64,000 nucleotides of DNA from Tubiluchus corallicola (GCA_030141605.1 JAQGDQ010000112.1:1-64000), one strand, 5' to 3'. Shown: positions 23,921-36,012, counted from the first letter of the stretch. A program made the numbers and translations. The notes: generated by a model from the letters alone, not told the origin.

Positions 23921-25839
23921 CACTACTAGGAGTCTTCTGACGTTTATCCGAATCTGACTGCTAGCGCGCAGAGAAAACGTCGAGTTTCTTAATAAAAATG
24001 TTAGAAAATGTTTAATATTGTTGATCATTTATCAAATTGTACACATAATTTAGCTTTGTTTTTCCATGCACTGGCACTTATCACATTTAAGCAACTCGTG
24101 AATATAGACCTAGTTAACTATTGAACACGATTTCAAAAGATAATGTCATTTTCGAAATTTGTTATGCTGTTTGTCGACAGTTATGACGTCATTAGGCCAT
24201 TCTCTTACACTGTTCGTCAATATTATAACGTCATTAAGCCATTCTCTTGCATTGTCTGTCAGTATTATGACGTCATTAAGCCATTCTCTTGCACTGTTTG
24301 TCAATATTATAACGTCATTAACCCATTCTCTTGCAGTGTTCGTCAATATTATGACTTCATTAAGCCATTCTCTTGCACTGTTTGTCAATATTATAACGTC
24401 ATTAAGCCATTCTCTTGCATTGTCTGTCAGTATTATGACGTCATTAAGCCATTCTCCTGCACTGTTTGTTAATATTATGACGTCATTTAGCCATTGTCTT
24501 GCACTGTTTGTCAATATTATAACGTCATTAAGCCATTCTCTTGCAGTGTTCGTCAATATTATGACTTCATTAAGCCATTCTCTTGCAGTGTTTGTCAATA
24601 TTATGACTTCATTAAGCCATTCTCTTGCAGTGTTTGTCAATATTATGACTTCATTAAGCCATTCTCTTGCATTGTTTGTCAATATTATGACGTCATTAAG
24701 CCATTCTCTTGCACTGTTTGTCAATATTATAACGTCATTAAGCCATTCTCTTGCAGTGTTCGTCAATATTATGACTTCATTAAGCCATTCTCTTGCATTG
24801 TTTGTCAATATTATGACGTCATTAAGCCATTCTCTTGCACTGTTTGTCAATATTATGACGTAATTAAGCCATTCTCTTGCACTGTTTGTCAATATTATGA
24901 CTTCATTAAGCCATTCTCTTGCATTGTTTGTCAATATTATGACGTAATTAAGCCATTCTCTTGCACTGTTTGTCAATATTATTACGTCACTAAGCCATTC
25001 TCTTGCAGTGTTCGTCAATATTATGACTTCATTAAGCCATTCTCTTGCACTGTTTGTCAATATTATGACTTCATTAAGGCATCCTCTGGCAGTGTGTGTC
25101 AATATTAAGACTTCATTAAGCCTTTCTCTTGCAGTGTTTGTAGACAGTTACGACGTCATTAGGCCATTCGATTATTTTTTCAAACTTTACAAAATGTTAT
25201 CTAAACTTGTTTCAAATGACCTGTCGTGAAAATGGCTGCGTCTAATGGTCATCGCAGGAGTTTAAATTTACATGTTTTATACAGCGTGACTGCCGATTGA
25301 AGTCCTGCACGCAAAAAGGCAGTATGTAAGTGATATAAAATTTCAAAACGAATTTTTCAAGCTTTATGTTTATGAAGGGTTTTCTTGTGGGTTAACAGAC
25401 AACAGAGAAAATGTCGCGTTTTAATGGAGACTGTAATACCCAAGTTGTAAAATTAATAAGGGAACTTAAACCTGTAAAATAATAAGTAAGGCACAAGGAT
25501 GTTCATTCAGTCACGTGGTTATGATTCAATTCAGACACAGTTTCGGAGTTCACACACACACACCGAAGACTTAAACTAAAGATCGTTAATGAAGGTTACA
25601 TAAAATTCCTTCTACAGGTATATACACACCAGGTGTAGATGTAACCATTATACACGAACCTGGTAATACAATTCTAATGGTAACGCAAGTTTGACAGTCA
25701 TCCTGTCCTTTGACGGTAGTGAAATAGGGCCAGCCATAAACTTTCTCCATCGTTTGTGAGAACTGTGGTTTAGTTACATCGTTTGGAATCCATTTACATG
25801 GTTCTGTTTCCTTGCAGACGAAACACTTGATAGAGCGAG
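22724..25839 (-). CDS. Ly6/uPAR three-finger (quiver/sleepless-like) protein, partial; exons 25839-25660 and 23022-22724; signal-peptide exon not located
   Basis: Spliced product RSIKCFVCKETEPC...DDCQTCVTIRIVLP|EANKPRGDVDFSSVERRCKTFDTGPQTANC...METCVCSEEYFCN has 10 cysteines ending in CN, followed by a hydrophobic tail (YILNILFTVSLVII). Phase-1 acceptors tgtttcag| and ttttaacag|; the donor ccag|gttcgt is less certain. Confidence 0.78.
23170..23930 (+). mobile_element. LINE 3' fragment with (ACT)n tail, same family as 21070-21300 and 33710-34330
   Basis: IPILEAHRDYQTLLFLYKYINNINSPF...RTNNQYGKNSITKLAIQLWNSLP; aataaa at 23721 followed by an (act)n run. Confidence 0.85.
24165..25170. repeat. 42-bp minisatellite, about 23 copies
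   Basis: Unit tatgacgtcattaagccattctcttgcactgtttgtcaatat with recurring variants. Confidence 0.95.
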
Positions 25840-25882
25840 CTGAAACAATTGGTAAAATTACCTCTACTTCACAAATGTTGCT

Positions 25883-26300
25883 AAAAATGGCACAGGTAAA
25901 ATGACAGAAAAAATACCACAAATGGAACAGTAGGTAAAATGGCACAGGGGAAAATGGCACAAATGGAAAAGCAGGTAAAATGGCACAAACGAAAAAGCAG
26001 GTAAAAATGGCACACGTAAAAATGGCACAGGAAAAATGACACAGAAAAATAGCACAAATGGAACAGTAGGTAAAATGGCACAGGGGAAAATGGCACAAAT
26101 GGAAAAACAGGTAAAATGGCACAGGAAAAATAGGTAAAAACGACACAGGTGAAAATGGCACTGTAAAATAGCACAGAAAAAATAGCACAAACGGAAAAAG
26201 TAGGTAAAAATGACACAGGTAAAAATGGCACAGGAAAAATAGCACCATTGGAAAAGTAGGTAAAAATGGCACTGTAAAATGACACAGAAAAGTGGCACAC
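25883..26300. repeat. Irregular aaaatggcaca-based repeat
   Basis: aaaatggcaca / aggtaaaa modules repeated many times. Confidence 0.85.
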
Positions 26301-26436
26301 TTAGTAAAATATGAGTGTAGGGTCAGGGTTACAGTATGAGATATTTATTTTAGTTATTTTTACCTCTGCCAAGAAAGTTATCATCTAACACAGTTTGTTT
26401 GTTTGTTTGTTTGTTTGTTTGTTTGTTTGTTTGTTT

Positions 26437-26825
26437 GTAAGACGGTAAGACGATCATTCCAACGGAACATTCTACAATGTTCTATGTAATTCTAATAGAT
26501 GCCAGCGATCTCCACGCCACAGACGAAGTGCGAAACCTGCTTATAATAAGAAAATTCAGAGCCACACTGTCTAAACAGAAAATTCTTCAAGAATATGGTG
26601 ATGCGTTCACAGGACTAAGAGACATTGGTGAATATGCAATTAAAGGAGAATGCTGTACCAAAGCAGGCAAACCCCAAAACCCTGTCCAATTGCAAAGATA
26701 GTCAAAATTATGGAAAACTTGACAAAATGGTTGTTGATGGAATAATTACACCCATTAAAGAAGCAACAAACGGTGGATTTCAAACATGGTTGCAGTGGAC
26801 AAAAAGAAGAACAAGTTGCTGTGTA
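26437..26825. mobile_element. LTR end fragment adjoining a degenerate Gypsy-like pol fragment
   Basis: 26445-26521 matches the end of the solo LTR at 33140-33209. Frameshifted translation ILQEYGDAFTGLRDIGEY..LKENAVP..LDKMVVDGIITPIKE..WISNMVAV resembles the Gypsy protease-RT junction. Confidence 0.6.
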
Positions 26826-27749
26826 ATGCTATGCAAATGTTGCTGAAATATATCACAAATATACGAGACGAGAGCGAGCAAACTAGAGGGTGGCTCCATA
26901 TGAGGGGACCCATAATTTTATCAGCCTAGGGGCCCCAAAAGCTCATAAAGGGCCCCGGGTGCTGAGTATTGGTTTGTACTGATCGTGAATAGACAAGATC
27001 GTGGAAACAGACGTGATTATATAAGTTTGCATGAAGGAATTATCATTAGTGCTGTAGTGGGTGCATAGGCCCTTTTTGGTTTTTATTTAGTTACTGCCAC
27101 GGTGCTGCCACCTGTTTATTTAGTAGACTTTTTACCTTTTACAGTAGTCATTTTTTTAAAATTTAAGCACCCAATATCCTTGAATACATTAGCATTTTAG
27201 TCTTTCGTGAGCTATAGCAGTAGTAGTTGCCTGACATTTTACCCGTCTTTCGATTCTCTCGGCCATTGCTCTAGTGTTGTGTCTATGATGAACATTATGT
27301 CTGTAACTTTCTTACGAGTTTATTGTTGTGACAATGTTGTTGTTCTTAAGGCCTTGGAGTTCTCATTCCTGTCTTTGTAACTATTAAAGGCTCTAACAAC
27401 GTAAGTCATTATTATTTAATTTCAATATAGCTTACATAAATTTTATATCAGTTTTCTTAGTTATAGTCATACATCTAATCATGCGATGAACTCTCTTCTA
27501 CTCAATGCAAATTAAACTAATTGTTAATCATTGTATTACAGAATAAAGAAACTTTTGGTCACCACATTAAACTGGTGCTTTGCATCCATTTCAAGTGTTT
27601 TAAAGGAAACTTACCAACGCCATTGAAAAGAACTGAATAAACCAAATAATCTAGAAGAAACTTCATCCACATGGTACTGCTATAATAACAGAGCAAAACG
27701 ATTTTATCACTGTAGCTGATCTGTAGTAACCAGTGATAGGAACTATTGA

Positions 27750-27838
27750 CGCTTACGTAACAATACAGTGTAAGCTTATAACTATAACAATAGATTATTG
27801 TCTTAGCTATAAGCCAACACTGTATTGTTACGTAAGCG
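27750..27838. other. 89-nt near-perfect hairpin
   Basis: cgcttacgtaacaatacagtgtaagcttata pairs with tataagccaacactgtattgttacgtaagcg (29 of 31 positions). Confidence 0.8.
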
Positions 27839-28355
27839 CAAATCTGGATAAACGGTTTCCATAGTAAAGACAAACAGTTCTTAACAGCAACAGTTGTATA
27901 ACAGAATCAAACAAGAACATTGGAGCACTAAAATCCGAAACCCAAAGGCAAATAATACAAGATATAATCAATACATTGTGCCTTTCTGTAGAACCAACAT
28001 AGCTAAACATTTTATAATATTTTTAGGATCAAAAGTCTGAAATGAGATTTGTCAATCCGCAAAAAATAGCAGATCTACTAAAAATGCTAAAAAATCAAAT
28101 TTTAAGTAAGTATCAGTGAGTAATCAAAACTTCTATCAGTATTCATCCTCACAGTAGTAGCAAAACGGTGGTGTTATCTTAATCAAGTTATCTTAATTTT
28201 ACATACTATTAACAAATAATAGTCTTTCTATGTTTTATATCATCTAATATATGAGCTTCATTCATTACATCATTCCATTTTAAGCACTAATGTTTTTTTA
28301 TCATACGATTCACTTTCAATTTTCAGATTATCTCCATTACTTTTTTTCTTTCACT

Positions 28356-28446
28356 GTGTGGGACAATCTAACAAGCCCTGCTTTTAGTGTGGGACAATCT
28401 AACAAGCCCTGCTTTTAGTGTGGGACAATCTAACAAGCCCTGCTTT
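28356..28446. repeat. 31-bp tandem repeat, 3 copies
   Basis: gtgtgggacaatctaacaagccctgctttt at 28356, 28387 and 28418. Confidence 0.9.
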
Positions 28447-30049
28447 TTGATTGCCCGCAACACATTTACCTTCGTACATAGGTGAACAGTGTTTGAGGCT
28501 TTTCCTGTGCAGTATTTCTTATTTGTATTATGTTCATTGTAGGCCCTTTCACTAGATATTGTACATGAAACTATTGTAAATGTGTAATGTGAAATAAATG
28601 ACTTATGAGCTTCAGTAATTTGCAGTGCCAACTAAACTGTTAATATTTCCCAAATACTGACACCCTAAAAACCTTAGTCCTATATAAAACTTGAAGATTT
28701 TTCTTTAAATCTTTGTTTCACGTACGTACTGTCTTAATGCGTACACAGCTTGGGTTAACAGTAACGCTGTATAAAACTTGTTAATTTAAACTCCCACGAT
28801 GACCGTTAAAGGTAAGTCACCTGAAACAAATTTAAATAACATTTCTGTAAAGTCTGAAAAATAATCACAGCATTCGTAGCACACTCTTCGCAAATTAAGT
28901 AAAATTTTAAATAATCTTATCAGAAAGATTATTAATACATGTTCTGGTGAACCAGTGACGTTCTTTGATGCACACTGGGATAGTGAAACAGTGACGTTTT
29001 ACCACGTGGCGTGAATTTCAAGAATTTCCCTTTTCAATAACATAAATCTTTCAGACAGGTTAGTGTAATGCAAAGTAATATACCTTTGTGTGAAAGTTAT
29101 GTAGTATGTTGGATGTACTTAAAATTTTCTTTTCTTTCTCTTTAAATTTGGATGACGTCATTTCCGCCAGTTTTGAAAAACTTACAAGTTCATTTTGAAA
29201 AACCTTCCAGTCTTAAAACAAAATAGTTTGTTGATTTATTTCCTTAAAACAGGAAACCTTTTAAAGTGAAGTTTTTTTGGGTAAAGAAGAAACCTTTTTC
29301 TAGGCGCCTCTCTAACCTGCAGCAAAAATCTCGTCCAAGCATTGCTTCGAGCTCCCACTGATCAAGCAAACAATCTCTTTTTTCTGCAGAACTACGCCTT
29401 GACATCATAATACCGCTTTGATGTTTACGAAGAAACCTTATATAAAAACAGCCAAGCAAGTATTTTATTCAAATGACTTTTATTGTCATCTCATCTTCAT
29501 GTTGGACAAAACAAGAAGCCATTAGTGCACCACACCATGAAGCCATTCCTTTCTTCTGCATAATGAATGGCACATAATGAAGTTAAGATACTTCCGTACC
29601 ATTGCGGCCTATTATTTAACTTAAATAAGTTTTAAAAGTCGGCAAGCAATCGCCGAAACCTTTTCAGATTTCACGAGTAAATTCGATAAGAGCCACACTA
29701 AATTGAACAAATTTGCACTGAGCACAGCAATGGCAACAATAAAGTCGTGTTCCTGGCTAAATTTCATTACCTTGCTCGTATTTTCTAATTTTTGCCATAT
29801 TTTAGAAATTGCATTTAGTCTCGGTGGAGGTGCTGACGGTAAGCATTATTACTAAATTCACTTATTTGCCCAATAAATGCCACGTTCAGTGCAAAATGGC
29901 GATTTATGGAAAAGAAAAAATCCTTGTAAAAGAATTGCGTGCGTCTCGAACTCGGGAAGTTGCAATAATGTTCATTCAAGCACAACATCATGCACAAAAA
30001 CCGTTTGTCATACTATTTTGTATGCTACAGGCTGTGCAGAGTGATAGTG

Positions 30050-30640
30050 AGTTGTCTATCGAGTAGCTGACTCTGGGAATACACAAAAAACAAGATTGAA
30101 TTGAATTAATAATGCAGAAATAAATAATAAAAAGTTGTAAGAGTTGTGGAGCAACCAGCGCCAACAAGACCGATGCAAAAAGTCACAATTACTTTCAATA
30201 TTAAAGCAAAAGGTAAAGGACGAGAAAAGGGGTACCTGAAGAAAGTTTCACAAAAATCGGTTTTAAAAATTATATTACTTTATAGCATTTTTATGTGTAT
30301 ATCAGACTATCATTGAAAAGATTTTTTTGTTTGTTTTCATTTTAAATCTCCCGCAATACTGTTTCGACCGCGCCATTACATGACGTCATATACGCACAAC
30401 GTAAATCAGGAGAAGAAAAGGAAATGTTATACTATGTCCCAAAAAACTCGCCGTGAAAATCTATTTTACTTGGCACTTCGCTTATCAGCCGGAAAGACTT
30501 ACGTAACTAGAAAAGAAAATTATTAATTATTTAAAGTATTTTCACCAATTGGTAAAATCGTTGACTCACCTCCAGGGTGCGCCACTCACTACCCAAAAAA
30601 CATTTTTTATTCTTACTGACAGTAATATTTGTTCTGTATA
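30050..30640 (+). repeat. ~590-bp segment directly repeated at about 34345-34920
   Basis: Shared blocks include gttgtctatcgag.agctgactctgg and ctcccgcaatactgtttcgaccgcgccattacatgacgtcatatacgcacaacgtaaatcagg. Confidence 0.85.
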
Positions 30641-30844
30641 AATAACTGTATGAAGTACCTAAAGAAAGAGTAGTAATTACATCTGTAGTTTTATTGAGCA
30701 AGCATGTGTATAGGAAACCTGTTTTATTAGGAAACCTGCTTCCTTAACAGTGTAATTGTTTAATAAACAGGCCAAGTATGAAGTCCGAGGCAGGAAATGA
30801 CTCGTTGGGTAAGATCTGACGGCCTTGATAGTTGACGGAGCAGG

Positions 30845-31875
30845 TTTTTCCCACGTTTAGAAGCAAAGCTATCGCTAAACTTAATATGTACTAACTGTAG
30901 TTAAAGGAAAGTAAAGTTTCCCCACGTTTAGACGCAAAGCTATCTCTAAACTTATTATGTACTAACTGTAGTTAAAGGGAAGTAAAGTTCCCCACGTTTA
31001 GAGGCAAAACTATCTCTAAACTTATTATGTACTAACTGTAGTTAAAGGGAAGTAAAGTTTTCCCCACGTTTAGAGGCAAAGCTATCTCTAAACTTAATAT
31101 GTACTAACTGTAGTTAAAGGGAAGTAAAGTTTTCCCACGTTTAGAGGCAAAGCTATCTCTAAACTTAATATGTACCAACTGTAGTTAAAGGGAAGTAAAG
31201 TTTTCCCACGTTTAGAGGCAAAGCTATCTCTAAACTTAATATGTACTAACTGTAGTTAAAGGGAAGTAAAGTTTTCTCCACGTTTGGAGGCAAAGCTATC
31301 TCTTAACTTAATATGTACTAACTGTAGTTAAAGGGAAGTAAAGTTTCCCCCACGTTTAGAGGCAAAGCTATCTCTAAACTTAATATGTACTAACTGTAGT
31401 TAAAGGGAAGTAAAGTTTCCCCACGTTTAGAGGCAAAGCTATCTCTAAACTTAATATGTACTAACTGTAGTTAAAGGGAAGTAAAGTTTCGCCACGTTTA
31501 GAGGCAAAGCTATCTCTAAACTTAATATGTACTAACTGTAGTTAAAGGGAAGTAAAGTTTCCCCACGTTTAGAGGCAAAGCTATTTCTAAACTTAATATG
31601 TACTAACTGTAGTTAAAGGGAAGTAAAGTTCCCCATGTATAGGAGCCAAGTTAAGAGGCAACACTATCTCTTAACTTAATATATACTAACTGTAGTTAAA
31701 GGGAAGTAAAGTTTCCCCACGTTTAGAGGCAAAGCTATCTCTAAACTTAATATGTACTAACTGTAGTTAAAGGGAAGTAAAGTTTCCCCACGTTTAGAAG
31801 CAAAGCTATCTCTAAACTTAATATGTACTAACTGTAGTTAAAGGGAAGTAAAGTTCCTCCACGTTTGAGGCAAAA
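30845..31875. repeat. 71-bp satellite, about 14 copies, each with an internal stem-loop
   Basis: Unit cacgtttagaggcaaagctatctctaaacttaatatgtactaactgtagttaaagggaagtaaagtttccc; gtttagag/ctctaaac form an 8-bp stem. Confidence 0.95.
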
Positions 31876-32321
31876 CTACGATTAAATATTGAATTGTACA
31901 TATGTTGTGACGTCAATACTAACACTTATATATGTTCATTTACAGATTGTATGTTATGAAATGATAATGTAAATAAGTACATCATGATATTTTAACTCAT
32001 TTGTTTATTGTTTACATTTACAAATATAAACAGGTGACACGGCAATGGACTTCAAACACTAATAATACTTTTCGAGAACAAACTTTAGATAAAAACATTC
32101 AGTCTAATGCATTAAACGAAAATTAAAAACAAATTTTATCGTTGTTCTTGAAAATATTTATCTGTTCGTTGAATTTCTATCGTGCAACAAGTACAGTTCT
32201 TATTAAAATAGACAACATGTATAAAAAGGTTAAAAGAAATAAAATAGAATATTAAAAACAAGCCTGGACTATAAATATATTTGCAAGAAAAAATTAATTT
32301 GTAGGAAAATAATTAAAAACA

Positions 32322-32322
<1 letters not shown>

Positions 32323-32406
<84 letters not shown>

Positions 32407-32470
32407 TTTTTTTTTTTTTTTTATTATATTATATTATATTATATTATATTATATTATATTATATTATATT
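32323..32470. repeat. (ATT)n - poly-T - (ATATT)n microsatellite
   Basis: Directly visible. Confidence 0.95.
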
Positions 32471-32839
32471 AAAAATAAAGCGTTTTAGACATAATTATAC
32501 CGTCATTACCATTCAGCCATTCAGCGAGACGTTGTGGCGCGCTTGAGGATCTGTGAAACAGTACAGCTGCATATGACAAACTTTGTTTTCAGTGAGTGTG
32601 TTGCGCATGTTTGCCGTTGTGGCGCCACTGGTGTGAACTAAGCTGTCTTAATTATACGATTGTCACTGCCTGAACTCTCTTGGGAGCACTAAGATTTCAG
32701 AAAGATTTGACTTACGCGGGTTTAACAAGCTGTTTCTAGACTTCGTAAGCTTGACTAATAAACTCCCTGGAGAAGTCAGATTACTGTTCAACTGCATGTG
32801 TAACTTGACCCCAAATTTTGAAACTATGGATTCTTGATA

Positions 32840-33209
32840 TGTTGTGTTTTGTTTCTCTCGGAAGGCTCGTAGAGAAAACCAGAAAACACGCCGTCAAATA
32901 AAACTAGTTTATTTAGCGAGAATTCTACAACGCAAAAGTATGAAGGAACACGAAATGTTTACAGTAAACGTGAAAATCTGGAAAACGTTTAAGTGTATCT
33001 GAAAATGTAAGTATACAAGAATATGTCCGTGCGAGATTTTCGTGTCCTGTGTGCTCCCGTGTCGGCGGCCTGCTTTGCCTTATACAGCGCCCTGAAGAAA
33101 CTTCCAGAAGTTATGTTCCAGAACATTACAGACAGTTAGACGATCATTCCAATAGAACATTCTACAATGTTCTATGTCATTCTAACAGATGCCAGTGATC
33201 TCCACAACA
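32840..33209. mobile_element. Solo LTR, 370 bp
   Basis: TGTTGTG...CACAACA termini and a perfect 5-bp TSD tgata/tgata. TATA-like and AATAAA signals read on the minus strand. Confidence 0.88.
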
Positions 33210-33709
33210 TGATACCACGTTAAATATGTTAAAAATGTTTAGAATAAAAAGGTCAAGCATTTTTCGCGAACATTGAAATAAGTCTAACCTCTCAACAGGC
33301 TTGCCGTTTCCTTTAAAATAACCAGACCAATTAAAACAGTATTTTAATGACTCTGTGACATTCATCGTAAAAGAAACGGAAGTCACGGAAAGGGCAGAAA
33401 TCTTTGAAATCGCTCTGTGAAATTGGCAATTTTGCTAAACACGAAAAGATTTTTATTACACGAAATACCCGTCCATCAATAAACTGCAGTTTGCCTGTTA
33501 GTTCCACGTGACTAAATATTTAAACAGTTCGAAGCCTGAAGAGCGCGCAAATTTTATTAAGATTAAACTTTAATGGCGACTCTCTGTATGCTAACGCTGT
33601 ATGAACATGCAGTGCTATGGTATCAGAGATATACGTTCTGAGATATATATGTATGGGTTTATATATATGTATGTATATATATATATATATATATATATAA
33701 TGATCTTTA

Positions 33710-34330
33710 TTTGCCATTAAAATACATTGCTAATCACTGATAAAAACTTTACAGAGATGATCAATCAGTGTTAGTTAATAAAAACTTACACTGCTAAAGG
33801 CAAATGCGTCAGTGCAATCTAAACTACTGTGCAGTAATGGAAAGTAACGACGAATAAAATCAAACATATTTACAACTATGCACAAAGAAATGAAAAAATT
33901 ATGATTTAATTAATATGGCCGTGGATATATGAATTCTGAATTAGTGTGTATGTTGTCGTACTGGTGTGATGGTATTTCATATCTGGTTAATATTAGTGAT
34001 TTTAATTTTGTTTTAAATGCTGATAGGGACTTGATTTGTTTAACCTGTAATGGTAGAGAATTCCAAAGTAGAATTGCTTGTTTGATTACAGAGTTCGTTC
34101 CATAGTGGGTATTTGTCCTAATTTGTTTTAGATTGCTTGTTCTGGAATTAACGATAGGATTTGGAAAAAAGGTAAATCTGTTATTCTGGAATGGTTTGCT
34201 GATGTTGTTAATGTATTTAAATATAAAAAACAGAGTAAAATATTCTTTGTGTGCTTCAATGATTGGGAATTTTAAAGTTTTTCTCAGGTTAGTTGGTGAA
34301 GCTTTGAATTTTTGTCTACCTGCCTTATGT
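33710..34330 (-). mobile_element. LINE 3' fragment (same family as 23170-23930)
   Basis: Minus-strand translation KFPIIEAHKEYFTLFFIFKYINNISKPF...RTNTHYGTNSVIKQAILLWNSLP; aataaa then a (TA)n tail. Confidence 0.85.
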
Positions 34331-35259
34331 TTGTATGAGATACCGTGTTGTCTATCGAGCAGCTGACTCTGGAAACATACAAAAAAATAAGATTGAATTG
34401 AATTGATAAATAGTAATGCACAAATAAATAGTAAAAAGTTATAAAAGTTGTGGATTAACCAGCGTTAACAAAACCGATGCACAAAATCACAATTACTTTC
34501 AATATTAAAGCAGAAAGTTAAAGGAGAAGACAAGGGGAACCTGAAGTAGCTTTCAGAAAAATCGCCTTAAGAAATTATATTATTTTACAGCATTTTATGT
34601 GTATATCAGACTATCATTGAAAAGATTTTTTGTTTGTTTTGATTTTAAATCTCCCGCAATACTGTTTCGACCGCGCCATTACATGACGTCATATACGCAC
34701 AACGTAAATCAGGGGAAGAAATGGAAATGTTAAACTATGTCCCCAAAACTTTCCATGCAAATCTATTTTACTTAGCACTTCGCTTATCAGCTGGAAAGAC
34801 TTATGTAACTAGAAATAATAATTTAAAAGGTTTTCACCAATTGGAAAAATGTCGCTGACTCACCCACCAGGGTGCACCACTCACTAACCAAAAACGTATT
34901 TTTAATCTTATTGACAAGATACAGTAATTAAAAATTTTACTTAGTAACACGTGTGCTAAGAACGCTCTGATTATTTTTTCTCAAACTTTACTCAGTGTTA
35001 TGTAAACTTGTTTCAAACGACGTATCGTCAAAATGGCCGCGTCTAACGCTCATCGCGGGAGTTCAAATTTACATGTTTTGTACAGCGTTACTGCCACCGC
35101 AACTCCTGTATACAAAAAGATAGTATGCAAATGGTATAAATTTCAATACGACTTTTAAGCTTTATATAAGTGGAAGGTTTTCTTCCGCCTTAAGGAGCCC
35201 CATTGATTAGTACAAATAAAAATGTCGATTATCCAAAACTTTATAAAATTACAACTGGT

Positions 35260-35640
35260 AATCAGAAAAAGAGACTTGCGTGAGAATTTATAAATCGATA
35301 AATCAATCAATTTATAAATCAACCATTCAGATAAACGATATAAAATGCTAGTGATTACTATAAAGTAAATATTTGCCAATTATGTGCACATGGAAACTCT
35401 GGGACCCCCATGAAGAACGACCTCTAAACCAGCGGAAATCTTTGAGAAGAGTACTGAAATTACAATTTTTTATAGAAGTTTTGAAGAAAGATAAAGAGGT
35501 AGCCATGACAACATGATGAGAAGAGAGAGAGTTCCAAAGCGATGTAGTTCTGAGAAAGAAAGAGGTTTGCCTTACAGTTTTGTTATGTCTAGGAAGAAAA
35601 AGGATGACCCCTCGTAGTGGTTGAACTAAGTGTGACATTC
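35260..35640 (-). mobile_element. LINE 3' fragment
   Basis: RQTSFFLRTTSLWNSL..HVVMATSLSFFKTSI is a typical LINE ORF2 C-terminal motif. Confidence 0.7.
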
Positions 35641-35657
35641 AGATCCATCAATCAAAT

Positions 35658-36012
35658 TGTTGTTTTGTTTCTCTCGGAAGGCTCATAGAGAAAACCGGAA
35701 AACACGTCATCAAATTAAACTAGTTTATTAAGCGAGAATTCTACAACACAAAAGTATGAAGGAACGCGAAATGATTACACTAAATGTGATAATCTGGAAA
35801 CGTGAAAGCGTATCTGAGAATACCAGGATACAAGAGAATGTGAGAGAATAAACTCCAGCGGCCAGCTCCGCCTTATATATCAGTGCCAGGGAACAATCTA
35901 GAAATAGAAAGTTCTCGAAACTTCTACAAGGTAAGAAGATTGTTCTAGTATACTATACAACATTCTACAATGTTCTATTTAATTCTAATAGATACCAGCG
36001 ATCTTCACAACA
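35658..36012. mobile_element. Solo LTR, same family as 32840-33209
   Basis: TGTTGT...CACAACA termini; TSD caaat/caaac; colinear similarity to the 32840 copy. Confidence 0.82.

Larger units (their letters stand above)
28660..35193. mobile_element. Candidate long foldback element with ~500-bp degenerate inverted arms (about 28660-29150 and 34700-35193); further arm copies at about 25180-25440, 30380-30660, 52000-52500 and 54620-55520
   Basis: cagtaacgctgtataaaacttgttaatttaaactcccacgatgaccgttaa (about 28759) matches the reverse complement of ctaacgctcatcgcgggagttcaaatttacatgttttgtacagcgttactg (about 35043). Confidence 0.5.

Noticed and set aside
24143-25229. Long ORFs of 200-318 aa with 14-aa repeats
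   Set aside because: A by-product of a 42-bp stop-poor unit open in several frames on both strands, inside an intron.
25864-26300. Cys/Phe-rich ORFs upstream of the Ly6 exon
   Set aside because: Translation of the aaaatggcaca repeat; only the part from 25839 downwards is coding.
29640-29770. Minus-strand hydrophobic ORF (MKFSQEHDFIVAIAVLSANLFNLVWLL) as the Ly6 signal-peptide exon
   Set aside because: The nearest donor I could see is phase 0, whereas phase 1 is needed; unsupported without transcripts.
30845-31875. CRISPR-like array of palindromic repeats
   Set aside because: No unique spacers, no cas genes, eukaryotic context.
30050-34920. 590-bp direct repeats as a pair of LTRs
   Set aside because: No TG..CA termini, TSD or gag-pol between them; they overlap the foldback-arm family.
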